From: Candidatus Thorarchaeota archaeon
GTDB taxonomy: Archaea; Asgardarchaeota; Thorarchaeia; Thorarchaeales; Thorarchaeaceae
Assembly: GCA_019057475.1 (NCBI GenBank)
Contig: DXJO01000010.1
Coordinates: 384,001-448,000 of the forward strand
Reading direction: 5' to 3'
Length of the DNA stretch: 64,000 nucleotides
Part shown: one piece after another, positions 28,196-38,351 of the stretch
Layout: every line of letters starts with the position of its first letter
How positions within the stretch are numbered: position 1 is the stretch's first letter
Notes under the pieces: model-generated
Told to the model about the DNA's origin: nothing
The model's database searches: none
The model's input: only the letters and a program-made list of their open reading frames with translations
Made by a program: the position numbers and the translations under genes

Positions 28196-30148
28196 GTGAT
28201 TGCTAACACAACAAGGCTTAAGGTCTGGGAACCCCCTTGTAGAGTTGCTCTGGGATTGAGGCGACGGTTGACACTGCGTGTGTTTGGTTGGGATGCGAGG
28301 AAGTTTTCTAGTCTAGTTTTGATAGCCGCGATTCTTGCTCTTGCATTATTTCCTACATCCATTAGGTCCCAGTCCCTCCCTGAGCTTGGGTTGAAGAATG
28401 GTCCCTTTGTTGACAAGATACAGTTCAAAGTAATACCGGGGGACGACCAGCAGGTTCTTGCACTGCTGAACGATGAGATTGATCTCATTGGCAGCATGAT
28501 TCATCCTAGCTTCCTCTCCCAGTTGAATATGTCTGAAAGTGTCAATGTTGTTAATCACCTCCGAAATGGATATGGCTACATCGTGATCAACTGCGCAAAG
28601 TATCCTTTCAATATCACCGCCTTTAGAAGGGCCGCCGCTTTTGCTCTCGACAAGTATGCAATTTCTGAAGATATCTGGGAGGGTTTCTCACAGCCTCAGG
28701 ATTCGTGCGTGCCTTCGGTGAACCCCTTCTCTATCGAGGGTCAATTATCCTACTCCTACTACGATGCCAATATCGAGCTTGGTAATCAATTGCTTGATGA
28801 TGCCGGATTCCTTGATGTGGACGCGGATGGATTCAGAGATGCCCCTGACGGTTCAAACCTCGACGTTCTCCTACAAGTAGGGCGCGCTTCGAATATCGGG
28901 ATCGAGGTCGGGGAGAAGATGGCTGAGGGACTGCGAGCCCTCAATATCAGTGCTGTTTCAGAGCCAATTGACTTTCCCGTATATGGAAGCTGGGACTTCG
29001 ACATGATCTTCCTCGGCATGAGATTCAACAGCTTCGATGTTGATTGGCTCGCATACGAGTTCTGGGGAGGGCACGCAGGTGAGCCCTGGCAGAACTTCGG
29101 GAGCTGGAGGAATGCAAGTTATGATGGGTGGCGTGACCAGCTCATCAATTCCACTTCCTACGAGGACGTCTATGAGGCTGCGATTGAGATGCAAAGAGTG
29201 TGGGTCTATGAGTGCCCGTGGGTTATCTGCTACGAGAACTTCCACATCTCAGCCTACCGGACAGACAGGTTCGAGGGTCACGTCAACGATTGGACGGATG
29301 GAATCCCCGGCACTTGGACGAACAAGAAAGTCCATCTAAAGGCTGATCAGGGTGGTCCGTTCGGCGGAACCCTCCGTTGGAGCAACTCGCTCGACCTCGA
29401 CACATTCAACATGATGGGTGCTAGCTCAGCTTACACCCTCCGGGTGTTGATCGAGCTCTATGACAGCTTGATGACCCTTGATTCCACTGGCTTGGATATG
29501 ATGTGGCTGGCTGAGTCATACCTTGCTGAAACGCATGCTGACAATGCAGCAATCCCTGCAGGACATACCCGGTTCACCTTCCAATTGCTCCAGAATGCCA
29601 CTTGGACCGATGGTACTTCATTGACGGCTGAGGATGTCGCGTTCTCACTGAACTTCCTAAGAGACGCACCTGCAAACAAATATCGGCTAGACCTGCTAGA
29701 GATGAGTGCAGCGTATGCTCCATCAACCTACACAGTCGTTGTGGAGTTCAGCACTGAATCCTACTGGCACTTACATGGCATCGCATTCAAACCAATCTTT
29801 CCGAAACATATCATGCAGGAGATTGTGATTGAGGACTGGGCATACTGGAGCCCCAATCCTCCAGTTGAGGAGATGGTGACCTCTGGTCCATTCAACGTAT
29901 CCGAGTATGTCGCAGGTGAGTTCGTTGAGCTGACGTACAACCCGAATTACTTCTTCGGACCAAACCGAAGTGCAGGAATCGAGTCAACTCCAACAGCTCC
30001 TACGAGTAACGGTACGCCGTCTGTTACCTCATTTGGCTGGCCTGACCCATTCGGTGAGATGGACCTCGTTGGACGTGTCGTAACGACTGGGTCATTATTC
30101 GTGATAGCTGTTGTCGCCGTTTTATGGTGGAAAGACACACGAATGTGA
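28196..30148 (+). CDS. ABC transporter family-5 (oligopeptide-type) solute-binding protein, circularly permuted, C-terminal TM anchor
   Basis: FRRAAAFALDK, GGTL, LYDSL, WTDG…LTAEDVAFS, TSGPF, NPNYF. Start uncertain. Confidence 0.88.
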   Translation: MIANTTRLKVWEPPCRVALGLRRRLTLRVFGWDARKFSSLVLIAAILALALFPTSIRSQSLPELGLKNGPFVDKIQFKVIPGDDQQVLALLNDEIDLIGSMIHPSFLSQLNMSESVNVVNHLRNGYGYIVINCAKYPFNITAFRRAAAFALDKYAISEDIWEGFSQPQDSCVPSVNPFSIEGQLSYSYYDANIELGNQLLDDAGFLDVDADGFRDAPDGSNLDVLLQVGRASNIGIEVGEKMAEGLRALNISAVSEPIDFPVYGSWDFDMIFLGMRFNSFDVDWLAYEFWGGHAGEPWQNFGSWRNASYDGWRDQLINSTSYEDVYEAAIEMQRVWVYECPWVICYENFHISAYRTDRFEGHVNDWTDGIPGTWTNKKVHLKADQGGPFGGTLRWSNSLDLDTFNMMGASSAYTLRVLIELYDSLMTLDSTGLDMMWLAESYLAETHADNAAIPAGHTRFTFQLLQNATWTDGTSLTAEDVAFSLNFLRDAPANKYRLDLLEMSAAYAPSTYTVVVEFSTESYWHLHGIAFKPIFPKHIMQEIVIEDWAYWSPNPPVEEMVTSGPFNVSEYVAGEFVELTYNPNYFFGPNRSAGIESTPTAPTSNGTPSVTSFGWPDPFGEMDLVGRVVTTGSLFVIAVVAVLWWKDTRM

Positions 30149-30245
30149 CGTTGATTCTCTGCTATTCCATTATGTACTCAAAAGCACAAGAAGGCTTTTG
30201 TGAAAGTTTTGACTTAGCAAACCCGCGTGCAGGCCGGAACGAGTC

Positions 30246-32114
30246 ATGAAAACAACGAGTCCTCATCCAAAAGGAAGAACGCTCGCTGCACTTTCTTTGA
30301 TACTCGCACTCGTGTCCATGAGCGCTATTCCATGGCCTATAGTTGCCATCTGGGATGCTCCCGGTCATGCCAACAGCGGACCTTATCTCGACAAGCTCCA
30401 GGCCCAGATAATAACCCAGGATGATCTACAGACTCTTGCCTTGCTATCCAACGAGATTGATTTGATTGGCAATTCGGTGCATCCGGATTTCTTCAATGCT
30501 CTGTCTGAGGCAACAGACATCGAGATAGTTCAGACTCCTCGCAATGGCTACGGCTACCTTACAATTAACACACTCAAGAATCCATTCAACTACACTTCAT
30601 TTCGGAGAGCTCTCGCGTTTGCCATAGATAAGGAGGCAATCTCTGAAGAGGTCTGGAATGGTTTTTCAGAGCTACAGGACTCCATTGTGCCGAAGGCTAA
30701 CCCGTATTCGGTTGAAGGGCAGCTGCCTTACAGCTACTACGAAGCCAGTGTCGAGCTTGGAAACCAGCTGCTAAATGAATCCAGCTTCAGCATTGACAAT
30801 GAAACAGGTTTCAGGAGCGATCCGCACGGCAATCCCTTTCAAGTACATGTCGAGGTTCTCGCTTCATCCGCGGTGGCCATCGAAACTTGCCAGATGGTGA
30901 TTGAGGCATTTGATGGGCTTCATATCGATGCCGTTCTTTGGCTTCCGACCTTCTATAGCTATCTCGGTCGCCTCCACTCCCATGGGGACTACGACATCGC
31001 TTTCCTCCCGAGATCGTTCAGTAGCTGGAATGTCAACTGGCTCGCCTACAACTTTCACTCATACTTCGCGAATGTGCCAGGCTTCAATTATCCCAACTTC
31101 AGCAACGAAAGCCTCGATATTTGGATAGACCATCTCCTTCATTCTGTAGATTACAATGAGGTATACGAAGCAGCAATCGAAATTCAGAAGATTCTGGCAT
31201 ACGAGTGTCCGGAGATAGTCCTGTATGAGAATGTGCTTCTGTCCGCCTACAGAACTGATAGATTTGAAGGGTTCGTCAACGACGCCAGTACTGGTATCCC
31301 CTGTTGGTGGACATACCAAAGGGCACACTTGAAAGCAGTAGAGGGCGGTCCGTTCGGAGGGACCCTTCGCACAAGCATGCCTCTTGATATTCAAGGGTTT
31401 AACTTCATGACAGCCATTGCAGATTATCCTCTGAATGGGATGCTCTACATGATGTATGATAGTCTCCTTAAACAGAATTCTGATGGCTTTGACATACCGT
31501 GGCTGGCAGAGTCATACGAGGTGACAACACATTCCGATGACTCGACAGTTCCTGAGGGCCATACCAGAGTCGTCTTTGATATTCGGAGAAATGCAACTTG
31601 GAGTGATGGTCTTCCAATCACTGCGGATGACGTTTCATTCAGTATCAATTACTACCGGGACATGCCCGGCAGTCCTTACCGTCCAAGTTTATGGAACATG
31701 TCACAAGCAATTGCGCTCACGGACTACCGTGTTCGATTCGAGTTCAACACCGAGTCACTCTGGCATCTGCATTCGATTGCGTACAAGCCCATCATTCCGA
31801 AGCATATCTTTATCGAAATCGGTTTAGAGGGGTGGGACGAATGGAACCCAATACCTCCAGGGGACTCCATTGTTACATCAGGTCCTTTCCTGATCTCAGG
31901 TTACATCCCTGGAGATATCTTGGAGTTCAAACCCAACCCTAACTACTTCTTCAACGTTTCTGGACTATCTGATGGAACCCCCACGCCAACAGAACGCAGC
32001 GCTCCCTACGTCCGTCCTGTTGGTTTGACTGCGCTCAGTGTGGGAATCGTAGCTGCCGTGGTCGTAGTAATCGTAGGAATCTATTCCCTCCACAGGCGCC
32101 AGTACTCCCACTAG
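30246..32114 (+). CDS. Paralogous family-5 solute-binding protein, circularly permuted, C-terminal TM anchor
   Basis: Same motif order as the upstream gene (RNGYGY, AYRTDRFEG, GGPFGGTLR, WHLH). Confidence 0.88.
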   Translation: MKTTSPHPKGRTLAALSLILALVSMSAIPWPIVAIWDAPGHANSGPYLDKLQAQIITQDDLQTLALLSNEIDLIGNSVHPDFFNALSEATDIEIVQTPRNGYGYLTINTLKNPFNYTSFRRALAFAIDKEAISEEVWNGFSELQDSIVPKANPYSVEGQLPYSYYEASVELGNQLLNESSFSIDNETGFRSDPHGNPFQVHVEVLASSAVAIETCQMVIEAFDGLHIDAVLWLPTFYSYLGRLHSHGDYDIAFLPRSFSSWNVNWLAYNFHSYFANVPGFNYPNFSNESLDIWIDHLLHSVDYNEVYEAAIEIQKILAYECPEIVLYENVLLSAYRTDRFEGFVNDASTGIPCWWTYQRAHLKAVEGGPFGGTLRTSMPLDIQGFNFMTAIADYPLNGMLYMMYDSLLKQNSDGFDIPWLAESYEVTTHSDDSTVPEGHTRVVFDIRRNATWSDGLPITADDVSFSINYYRDMPGSPYRPSLWNMSQAIALTDYRVRFEFNTESLWHLHSIAYKPIIPKHIFIEIGLEGWDEWNPIPPGDSIVTSGPFLISGYIPGDILEFKPNPNYFFNVSGLSDGTPTPTERSAPYVRPVGLTALSVGIVAAVVVVIVGIYSLHRRQYSH

Positions 32115-32133
32115 ATGCAGAGCTGATTGCTAC

Positions 32134-33051
32134 TCATCCGATATTTAGAGTTCCGCAACTCGGGCAGAGGAATTCCTCACCAGAGGCAAGAAGCCTCTGC
32201 AGAGGAGTGCCACAGTGTTGGCATCGCGCTATATGAGTGCCATTCGACTTCAGCTTTCGCGCCACCTCCGCGGCATCAGCGGACACGAACTCGTCTGTTG
32301 ATGGGTTGAACCTGCCGGAAACTTCGCCGGCGCCAACAAGGTCAAAGACCAGTTCGCGTGTATCCCCTTCAGAGATCTCTGAATACTTCGTGAGGTTGGC
32401 CATGTTGATTCTTGGTACGGACCTCAGAACACCAAGGACTCTCATTCTGACCCCTCCATTCACCACCGGGGCTGTGAATTGCGGTGCAGCAGCAACTGGA
32501 GCTTCGGACTTCTCAATCCAAGTAATCTTCTTCGCGAGTCTGCCTAATGCACCTCTTTTGTGGCCGGCATATCTTCGTTCGGCTTTGAGCCTTGTTCGAG
32601 AGCTCACCTCGAGGTCTCGGAGTACACCACACGAGTACAGCGGCGTAACGTCAATCTCCGGCAGAGGGTTGTTAGTGAGTACAATCTTGCTTAGTGCAAT
32701 GTGGTTTGCCAGAGGCGCCAGGTTCAACTGTGTGAGGCGGTTGCTGCTCAAGTCAAGCCTCACTAATCCTGGACATTTCTCTAGTGGTGAGAGGTCGATC
32801 TCCTGCAAATGGTTTCTATGAAGTACAAGCTCTCTCAGTGTGTGGCATGTTCCTAGGGGTGTCAGGTCCAGAGTCTGTAGTTCATTTGAGTATAGCTTGA
32901 GCTTCCTCAGCCGGGTGAACTGCAAAATGGGTGAGAGGTCTATGTGTACTATATTCTTGCTGGAGAAATCAAGGTTGGTACTACTGCTTCCGACACGAAT
33001 TCGTTTCTCTCTTCCCTTTTTGTTTCTATAGGTGAAAGTCATCGTGGCCAC
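32134..33051 (-). CDS. Leucine-rich repeat protein with PCI-like winged helix and C-terminal zinc ribbon
   Basis: LxxLxLxxNxL repeats (about 22-aa period); RINMANL…ELVFDLVGAGEVSGRFN; CQHCG…CPSCG. Confidence 0.85.
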   Translation of the reverse strand: MATMTFTYRNKKGREKRIRVGSSSTNLDFSSKNIVHIDLSPILQFTRLRKLKLYSNELQTLDLTPLGTCHTLRELVLHRNHLQEIDLSPLEKCPGLVRLDLSSNRLTQLNLAPLANHIALSKIVLTNNPLPEIDVTPLYSCGVLRDLEVSSRTRLKAERRYAGHKRGALGRLAKKITWIEKSEAPVAAAPQFTAPVVNGGVRMRVLGVLRSVPRINMANLTKYSEISEGDTRELVFDLVGAGEVSGRFNPSTDEFVSADAAEVARKLKSNGTHIARCQHCGTPLQRLLASGEEFLCPSCGTLNIG

Positions 33052-33246
33052 TGGTTATCGCCTCTACTTGCTATGAACATCGAAAATCCCTCTATACCTT
33101 TTACTGTGATGAATTGTCAAGCGCATCCCCCCAAGAAGATGCCATTCTTCCACAGAGCGCGCATTATCACAGCTTTTTCTCTACGGCAGAAGATTCAAAT
33201 TCCCTGAAACTGGCATCGTGAGACTCAAGCAGTGGAGCGCCTAACG

Positions 33247-34794
33247 ATGTCAAAAAAGAAGTTCGACGAGCTCACGAAGAAGCGTGAAGAAGCCAAAATA
33301 GCCGGGGGCAAGGAACGCATCGAAAAGCAGCACAAGAAAGGCAAGTACACAGCACGGGAGAGAGTTGAGAAGCTGCTTGATCCTGACTCATTCGTAGAGA
33401 TTGACGAGTTTGTTGTCCACCGCGAAACTGCATTCGGGATGGACAAGAACAAGATTCTCGGCGATGGAGTAATTACAGGTTATGGTGCGATTGACGGTCG
33501 AAAGGTGTTCATATTCTCCCAGGACTTCACCGTGTGGGGTGGGTCTCTTGCAGAGATGTATGGCTTGAAGATATGCAAAATAATGGACCTGGCGATGGAG
33601 GTTGGTGCTCCAGTCATCGGTCTGAACGATAGTGGTGGGGCTCGCATCCAAGAAGGCGTCAAGTCACTGGCCAGCTACTGCTGGATTTTCAAGCGTAACA
33701 CATTGGCAAGTGGTGTAGTACCCCAGATTTCTGCGATCATGGGCCCTTGCGCAGGAGGAGCAGTCTACAGCCCGGCCGTTACCGACTTCACATTTATGGT
33801 GAAGAAAACCTCGCACATGTTCATCACGGGCCCGGAGGTCATCAAGACGGTAACCGGCGAGAAAGTCAGTTTCGAGGAACTGGGTGGTGCCATGACGCAC
33901 GCATCCACGAGTGGAGTGGCTAGTTTCGCCAGTGAGGATGAGGATGACTGCTTCATGCAGATTCGCAAACTGCTCAGCTATATGCCGAGCAATAATCTGG
34001 AAGGACCACCACGAATCAACACTGGTCATGCCCCTGATGACGTGGACGAATCCATTGACGAGCTACTTCCAGAGGACACGAATGTGCCATACGATATGAG
34101 GGATGTTGTGACCAAGGTTGCTGACAATGGTGAGTTCTTTGAAGTCCATGAACATTGGGCGAAGAACATAATTATTGGCTTCGCACGTTTCGATGGACAA
34201 TCTGCCGGAATCGTGGGCAATCAACCAGCTCATCTGGCCGGGACTCTTGACATAGATGCATCTGACAAGTGTGCTCGCTTTGTGAGATTCTGTGATGCGT
34301 TCAACATTCCAGTCATCACGTTCATGGACGTGCCTGGATTTCTCCCGGGCACATCTCAAGAGTGGGGCGGTATTATCAGACACGGTGCCAAGATCTTGTA
34401 CGCCTTTGCTGAAGCCACAGTTCCCAAGATAACCATAATCACAAGAAAGGGATACGGTGGAGCTTATGACGTAATGTCGTCTCGGCACATTGGAGCTGAC
34501 CTTGTCTATGCATGGCCTGCGGCGGAGATTGCAGTCATGGGGCCTGATGGTGCGACTAACATCATCTTCCGCAAGGAAATTGATAAGGCTAGGGATAAGG
34601 CGAAGAAACGAGCTGAACTTGCCAAGAAGTATCGCGAGCAGTTTGCTCATCCATACATTGCCGCCGGACTTGGATACATCGACAAGGTAATTTTCCCGCA
34701 TGAAACCCGCCAGTTGATATGCAAGGGCCTTGATATTCTCTCAAGCAAACGGCAGACCAGACCGCCAAAGAAGCACGGAAATATCCCACTGTAA
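33247..34794 (+). CDS. Acyl-CoA (propionyl/methylmalonyl-CoA) carboxyltransferase subunit (PccB / transcarboxylase 12S-like)
   Basis: [52 protein letters not shown]. Confidence 0.95.
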   Translation: MSKKKFDELTKKREEAKIAGGKERIEKQHKKGKYTARERVEKLLDPDSFVEIDEFVVHRETAFGMDKNKILGDGVITGYGAIDGRKVFIFSQDFTVWGGSLAEMYGLKICKIMDLAMEVGAPVIGLNDSGGARIQEGVKSLASYCWIFKRNTLASGVVPQISAIMGPCAGGAVYSPAVTDFTFMVKKTSHMFITGPEVIKTVTGEKVSFEELGGAMTHASTSGVASFASEDEDDCFMQIRKLLSYMPSNNLEGPPRINTGHAPDDVDESIDELLPEDTNVPYDMRDVVTKVADNGEFFEVHEHWAKNIIIGFARFDGQSAGIVGNQPAHLAGTLDIDASDKCARFVRFCDAFNIPVITFMDVPGFLPGTSQEWGGIIRHGAKILYAFAEATVPKITIITRKGYGGAYDVMSSRHIGADLVYAWPAAEIAVMGPDGATNIIFRKEIDKARDKAKKRAELAKKYREQFAHPYIAAGLGYIDKVIFPHETRQLICKGLDILSSKRQTRPPKKHGNIPL

Positions 34795-34807
34795 GAGGCA
34801 GTCCGCA

Positions 34808-36394
34808 ATGACCAAGCTCAAGATCACGGACACAACGCTGAGAGATGCGCACCAATCTCTAATCGCTACACGCATGAGAACGGAGCATATGCTACCAATC
34901 TGCGAGAAGATTGACAAGGTGGGCTATCATTCACTTGAGATGTTCGGTGGGGCGACCTTTGACAGCATGATGCGATTCTTAGATGAAGACCCCTGGGAAC
35001 GAGTAGAAGCATTACGTGATGCGATGCCCAATACGAAGTTCCAGATGCTGCTTCGAGCCTCTAATGTGGTCGGTTATCATATCTATCCTGACGATGTCTT
35101 GGAGGCTTTCGTTGTTGAGGCAGTCAAGGTCGGGATTGACATCTTTAGGATATTCGATGCGCTCAACGATATCCGAAATATGGAGGCTTCCATGAAGTTC
35201 GTGAAGCGAGAAGGAGGACATGTCCAGGCTAGTATCTGCTACACGCTTAGTCCATATCATAGCAACGAGAAGTTCGTAGAGAAAGCGAAGATGCTCTACT
35301 CGTTGGATGCTGATTCGATTTGCATCAAGGACATGGCCGGGCTTATCTCCCCAGAAGCCGCCTCTGACCTTACAATGCGCCTGAAGGATGAGATTGACAT
35401 CCCAGTTCAACTGCACTCACACTACACAAGCGGAATGGCCTCAATGGCCTATCTCAGAGCTGCAGATGCAGGGGTTGATGTAGTGGACTGCGCGATATCA
35501 TCGCTTTCCCTCGCAACATCACAACCTGCAACAGAATCGATGGTTGAGGCACTGAAGGGTACCCCGAGGGACACAGGCCTAGATGTTAACCTCCTCGCTG
35601 AGATTGCAGATTACTTCAGAAAGATTCGTCACAAGTATTCCCAGTTTGAGGGAAGTCTTCAGGGAGTGAATCCCAAGGTCTTGGTATTCCAGATCCCCGG
35701 GGGAATGCTGTCAAATTTGGACAACCAGCTTAGAGAGCAAGATGCTCTGGACAGTTACGACGAGGTTTTGGAGGAAGTTCCTCGCGTGCGTGCGGAGCTC
35801 GGCTACCCTCCGTTAGTGACTCCATCCAGTCAGATTGTGGGAACTCAGGCTACAATGAACGTCATAACCGGGGAGCGTTACAAGATTATACCGCATGAAG
35901 TTAAGCAATACGTCAGGGGATATTACGGACGACCGCCCACGGAGATCGACCCTGATATCAAGAAGAAGATAATCGGGGATGAGGAGTCCCTGAAGGTGCG
36001 ACCTGCTGACCTGCTCGAACCTGAGTTGCCCAAGGCAAGAGCGGCGTTGAAAGACACCCCCCACCTGCCTCGAGATGAGGTTTCGTATGCATTGTTCCCG
36101 CACTATGCACTTGACTTCTTGAAGAGAAAGGCGAATCGTCTTGCGCTTGGCGAGATGACTGAGGCACAGATGATTGCCATAATCGCCTCTGTACTTCATA
36201 GCAGTACCACAAGCAGAAGCAGCATATCCTCGTCCAGCCTACGTGGTGATGCATGGACACTTGCTGGCCGTGATGACCTGATGGACGGGCGAACGGTTGA
36301 GTATGGTTCTGGTAAATGGGAACGGGCCGAGTCTGCCTGGACTTCAGCAGGAAGAAAGGACGTGATGAAAGGCAGGCGACAGGGGGGTCCGTGA
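34808..36394 (+). CDS. Pyruvate/oxaloacetate carboxyltransferase (transcarboxylase 5S / OadA-like, no biotin domain) with epsilon/delta-like C-terminal tail
   Basis: DTTLRDAHQSLIATR, GGATFD, FRIFDALND, CIKDMAG, HSH, QIPGGM, LVTPSSQIVG; no MKM motif. Confidence 0.9.
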   Translation: MTKLKITDTTLRDAHQSLIATRMRTEHMLPICEKIDKVGYHSLEMFGGATFDSMMRFLDEDPWERVEALRDAMPNTKFQMLLRASNVVGYHIYPDDVLEAFVVEAVKVGIDIFRIFDALNDIRNMEASMKFVKREGGHVQASICYTLSPYHSNEKFVEKAKMLYSLDADSICIKDMAGLISPEAASDLTMRLKDEIDIPVQLHSHYTSGMASMAYLRAADAGVDVVDCAISSLSLATSQPATESMVEALKGTPRDTGLDVNLLAEIADYFRKIRHKYSQFEGSLQGVNPKVLVFQIPGGMLSNLDNQLREQDALDSYDEVLEEVPRVRAELGYPPLVTPSSQIVGTQATMNVITGERYKIIPHEVKQYVRGYYGRPPTEIDPDIKKKIIGDEESLKVRPADLLEPELPKARAALKDTPHLPRDEVSYALFPHYALDFLKRKANRLALGEMTEAQMIAIIASVLHSSTTSRSSISSSSLRGDAWTLAGRDDLMDGRTVEYGSGKWERAESAWTSAGRKDVMKGRRQGGP

Positions 36395-36915
36395 TGAGTC
36401 CTGAGTACGAAATCAAACTTGCTGACCGCGGTTACACCGTGGAGGTGCGAAGGTTGGACGAGGGAGGGCTTCTGGTTGTAAAGGTCGGTTCTCAGAGTTT
36501 TTCGCTGAAGCCAACACTCAATGATGACGGCGCATGGACAGTCAGTGATACGGCGGGGGATCATAGCGTTAGAATCCTGAAGAAGGCTGGCAGCAAGGTT
36601 TCTGTGGAAGTGAATGGTCAGGCGTGTGACATCGAGTGGGTCAGGATTCGCAAGCAAGAAGAGCAAGCTCGCAAAACCACTTCTGCATCAGGCCCAAGAG
36701 TAGATGGTGGTGTATATCCACCGATGCCCGGCAAAATCAGCGAAGTACTGGTCAAGCCAGGTGATACGGTGAAGAGCGGCCAGACCGTATGCATACTCGA
36801 AGCAATGAAGATGTTTAACGAATTGAAGTCACCGTCAGCCGGGACTGTGAAAGAGGTCAACGTTGAGCCGGGCTCCAGCGTAACCCAGAGTACACTTCTA
36901 ATACTCGTTGAGTGA
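36394..36915 (+). CDS. Biotin carboxyl carrier protein (1.3S-like)
   Basis: PMPGKI…LEAMKMFNE; TGATG stop/start overlap with the upstream gene. Confidence 0.93.
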   Translation: MSPEYEIKLADRGYTVEVRRLDEGGLLVVKVGSQSFSLKPTLNDDGAWTVSDTAGDHSVRILKKAGSKVSVEVNGQACDIEWVRIRKQEEQARKTTSASGPRVDGGVYPPMPGKISEVLVKPGDTVKSGQTVCILEAMKMFNELKSPSAGTVKEVNVEPGSSVTQSTLLILVE

Positions 36916-36926
36916 GGCTGCTCTAA

Positions 36927-38093
36927 ATGGAACCTGTCTATGTCGTAGGGGTTGGCATGACCCCTTTTGGAGTGCTAGAGGATTCAATCCTCGAGCTGGC
37001 TGAGAAGGCTGCGTACGAAGCAATGAACGATTCGGGGACAATCGAGCACAGGTTTGACAGGGTTGTGGTCGGGTCCCAGAACCCTGATGAATTCACAGGA
37101 ATGGGTCACCTGTCATCGCTCCTGGCTGACCGGCTGGGGATGGTTCCTGCTGGGGCAACTCGCGTGGAGACTGGGCCTTCATCGGGTTCGAGTGCTTTTG
37201 AAGTGGCCTACGCATTTGTTGCGGCTGGGTTGGCTGATCTAGTTCTTGTGATTGGCGTCGAGAAGATGTCGAGTGTGGACCGCGAAACAGCTTCTGGTAT
37301 CCTTGCCAAGATGATGTCGTATGAGAATGAAACTCAATATGGTGCAACGCCTACTGCCCTTGCTGCCATGGTCGCTAGACGCTACATGCACGACTTCGGA
37401 CTTACCAGAGATGAGCTATCCATGGTGCCGGTGAAGGCGCACCGAAACGGAGCAAAGAACCCGCTGGCACACTTCCAGAAGGAGATCTCTGTTGAAACGG
37501 TCAGCAACGGGCGTATCGTGTCAGACCCTTTGACATTGTATGATTGCTGTCCTACAAGTGACGGAGCCGCGGCTTTGGTTGTCATGTCCAAGACCAAGAT
37601 GCGGGAATTTGGATGCTCTGACAGAGCCATCAAGGTTCTAGGTGTTGGGCACGGCACCGATTTTCATGCCGTTCAACATCGCCTTTCACTAACATCGTTT
37701 GGGGCAACAGTTGAGGCGGCTCGGAATGCGTTTGGAATGGCCAACCTCCAACCGAGCGCCATTGATGTAGCTGAGATTCACGATGCATTCTCGATTCTTG
37801 AACTTGTGAATATGGAGGACATCGGGTTTGTCGACTCTGGGAAAGCGATTGGCTTGATCAGTGATGGGTCGACTCAAGTTGAAGGTGATCTGCCGATAAA
37901 CCCCAGTGGAGGTCTCAAGGCTCGGGGTCACCCGACGGGTGCCACTGGCGTCGCTCAGATTCGTGATGTGGTGCTCCAGCTCAGGAATGAATCACCAAAA
38001 GGACTGCAGGTCGACTCGCCAGAACTAGCGCTCACTCATAATATCGGGGGTTTTGGAAACAATATGGTTGTTACTATACTAAGACGACCATGA
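36927..38093 (+). CDS. Thiolase-superfamily protein (SCP2/archaeal type) lacking the nucleophilic Cys
   Basis: GVEKM, DGAAA, EIHDAF, NPSGGL, GHPTGATG, HNIGG; RVETGPSSG in place of xxACASG. Confidence 0.9.
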   Translation: MEPVYVVGVGMTPFGVLEDSILELAEKAAYEAMNDSGTIEHRFDRVVVGSQNPDEFTGMGHLSSLLADRLGMVPAGATRVETGPSSGSSAFEVAYAFVAAGLADLVLVIGVEKMSSVDRETASGILAKMMSYENETQYGATPTALAAMVARRYMHDFGLTRDELSMVPVKAHRNGAKNPLAHFQKEISVETVSNGRIVSDPLTLYDCCPTSDGAAALVVMSKTKMREFGCSDRAIKVLGVGHGTDFHAVQHRLSLTSFGATVEAARNAFGMANLQPSAIDVAEIHDAFSILELVNMEDIGFVDSGKAIGLISDGSTQVEGDLPINPSGGLKARGHPTGATGVAQIRDVVLQLRNESPKGLQVDSPELALTHNIGGFGNNMVVTILRRP

Positions 38094-38351
38094 AAGGAAT
38101 TAGTGACTTCTGAATATTATAGAATTTGAAGATATATCCCATTCATTCATCCAAGAATGTCTTATTTAGTCTACACATGCTCACAATATGTACTAGCCCA
38201 AATTTTGGATTCAGCACGCTGCATTGGCAATACAAGAAGTGACCGTGATAGTCTTGCTTATGGTTCCTAGCAAGTATGAATCTATTACGACCTCCTTCTA
38301 TGCTAAACAGCATGTATGTATCTGCCAGTACAATAGAACGGTGTCCCTACT

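Noticed and set aside
38094-38351. Possible third copy of the 167-bp element upstream of the 3638-aa gene
   Set aside because: CAATA and AAGTA occur, but not at the required spacing, and the 23-bp block is absent.
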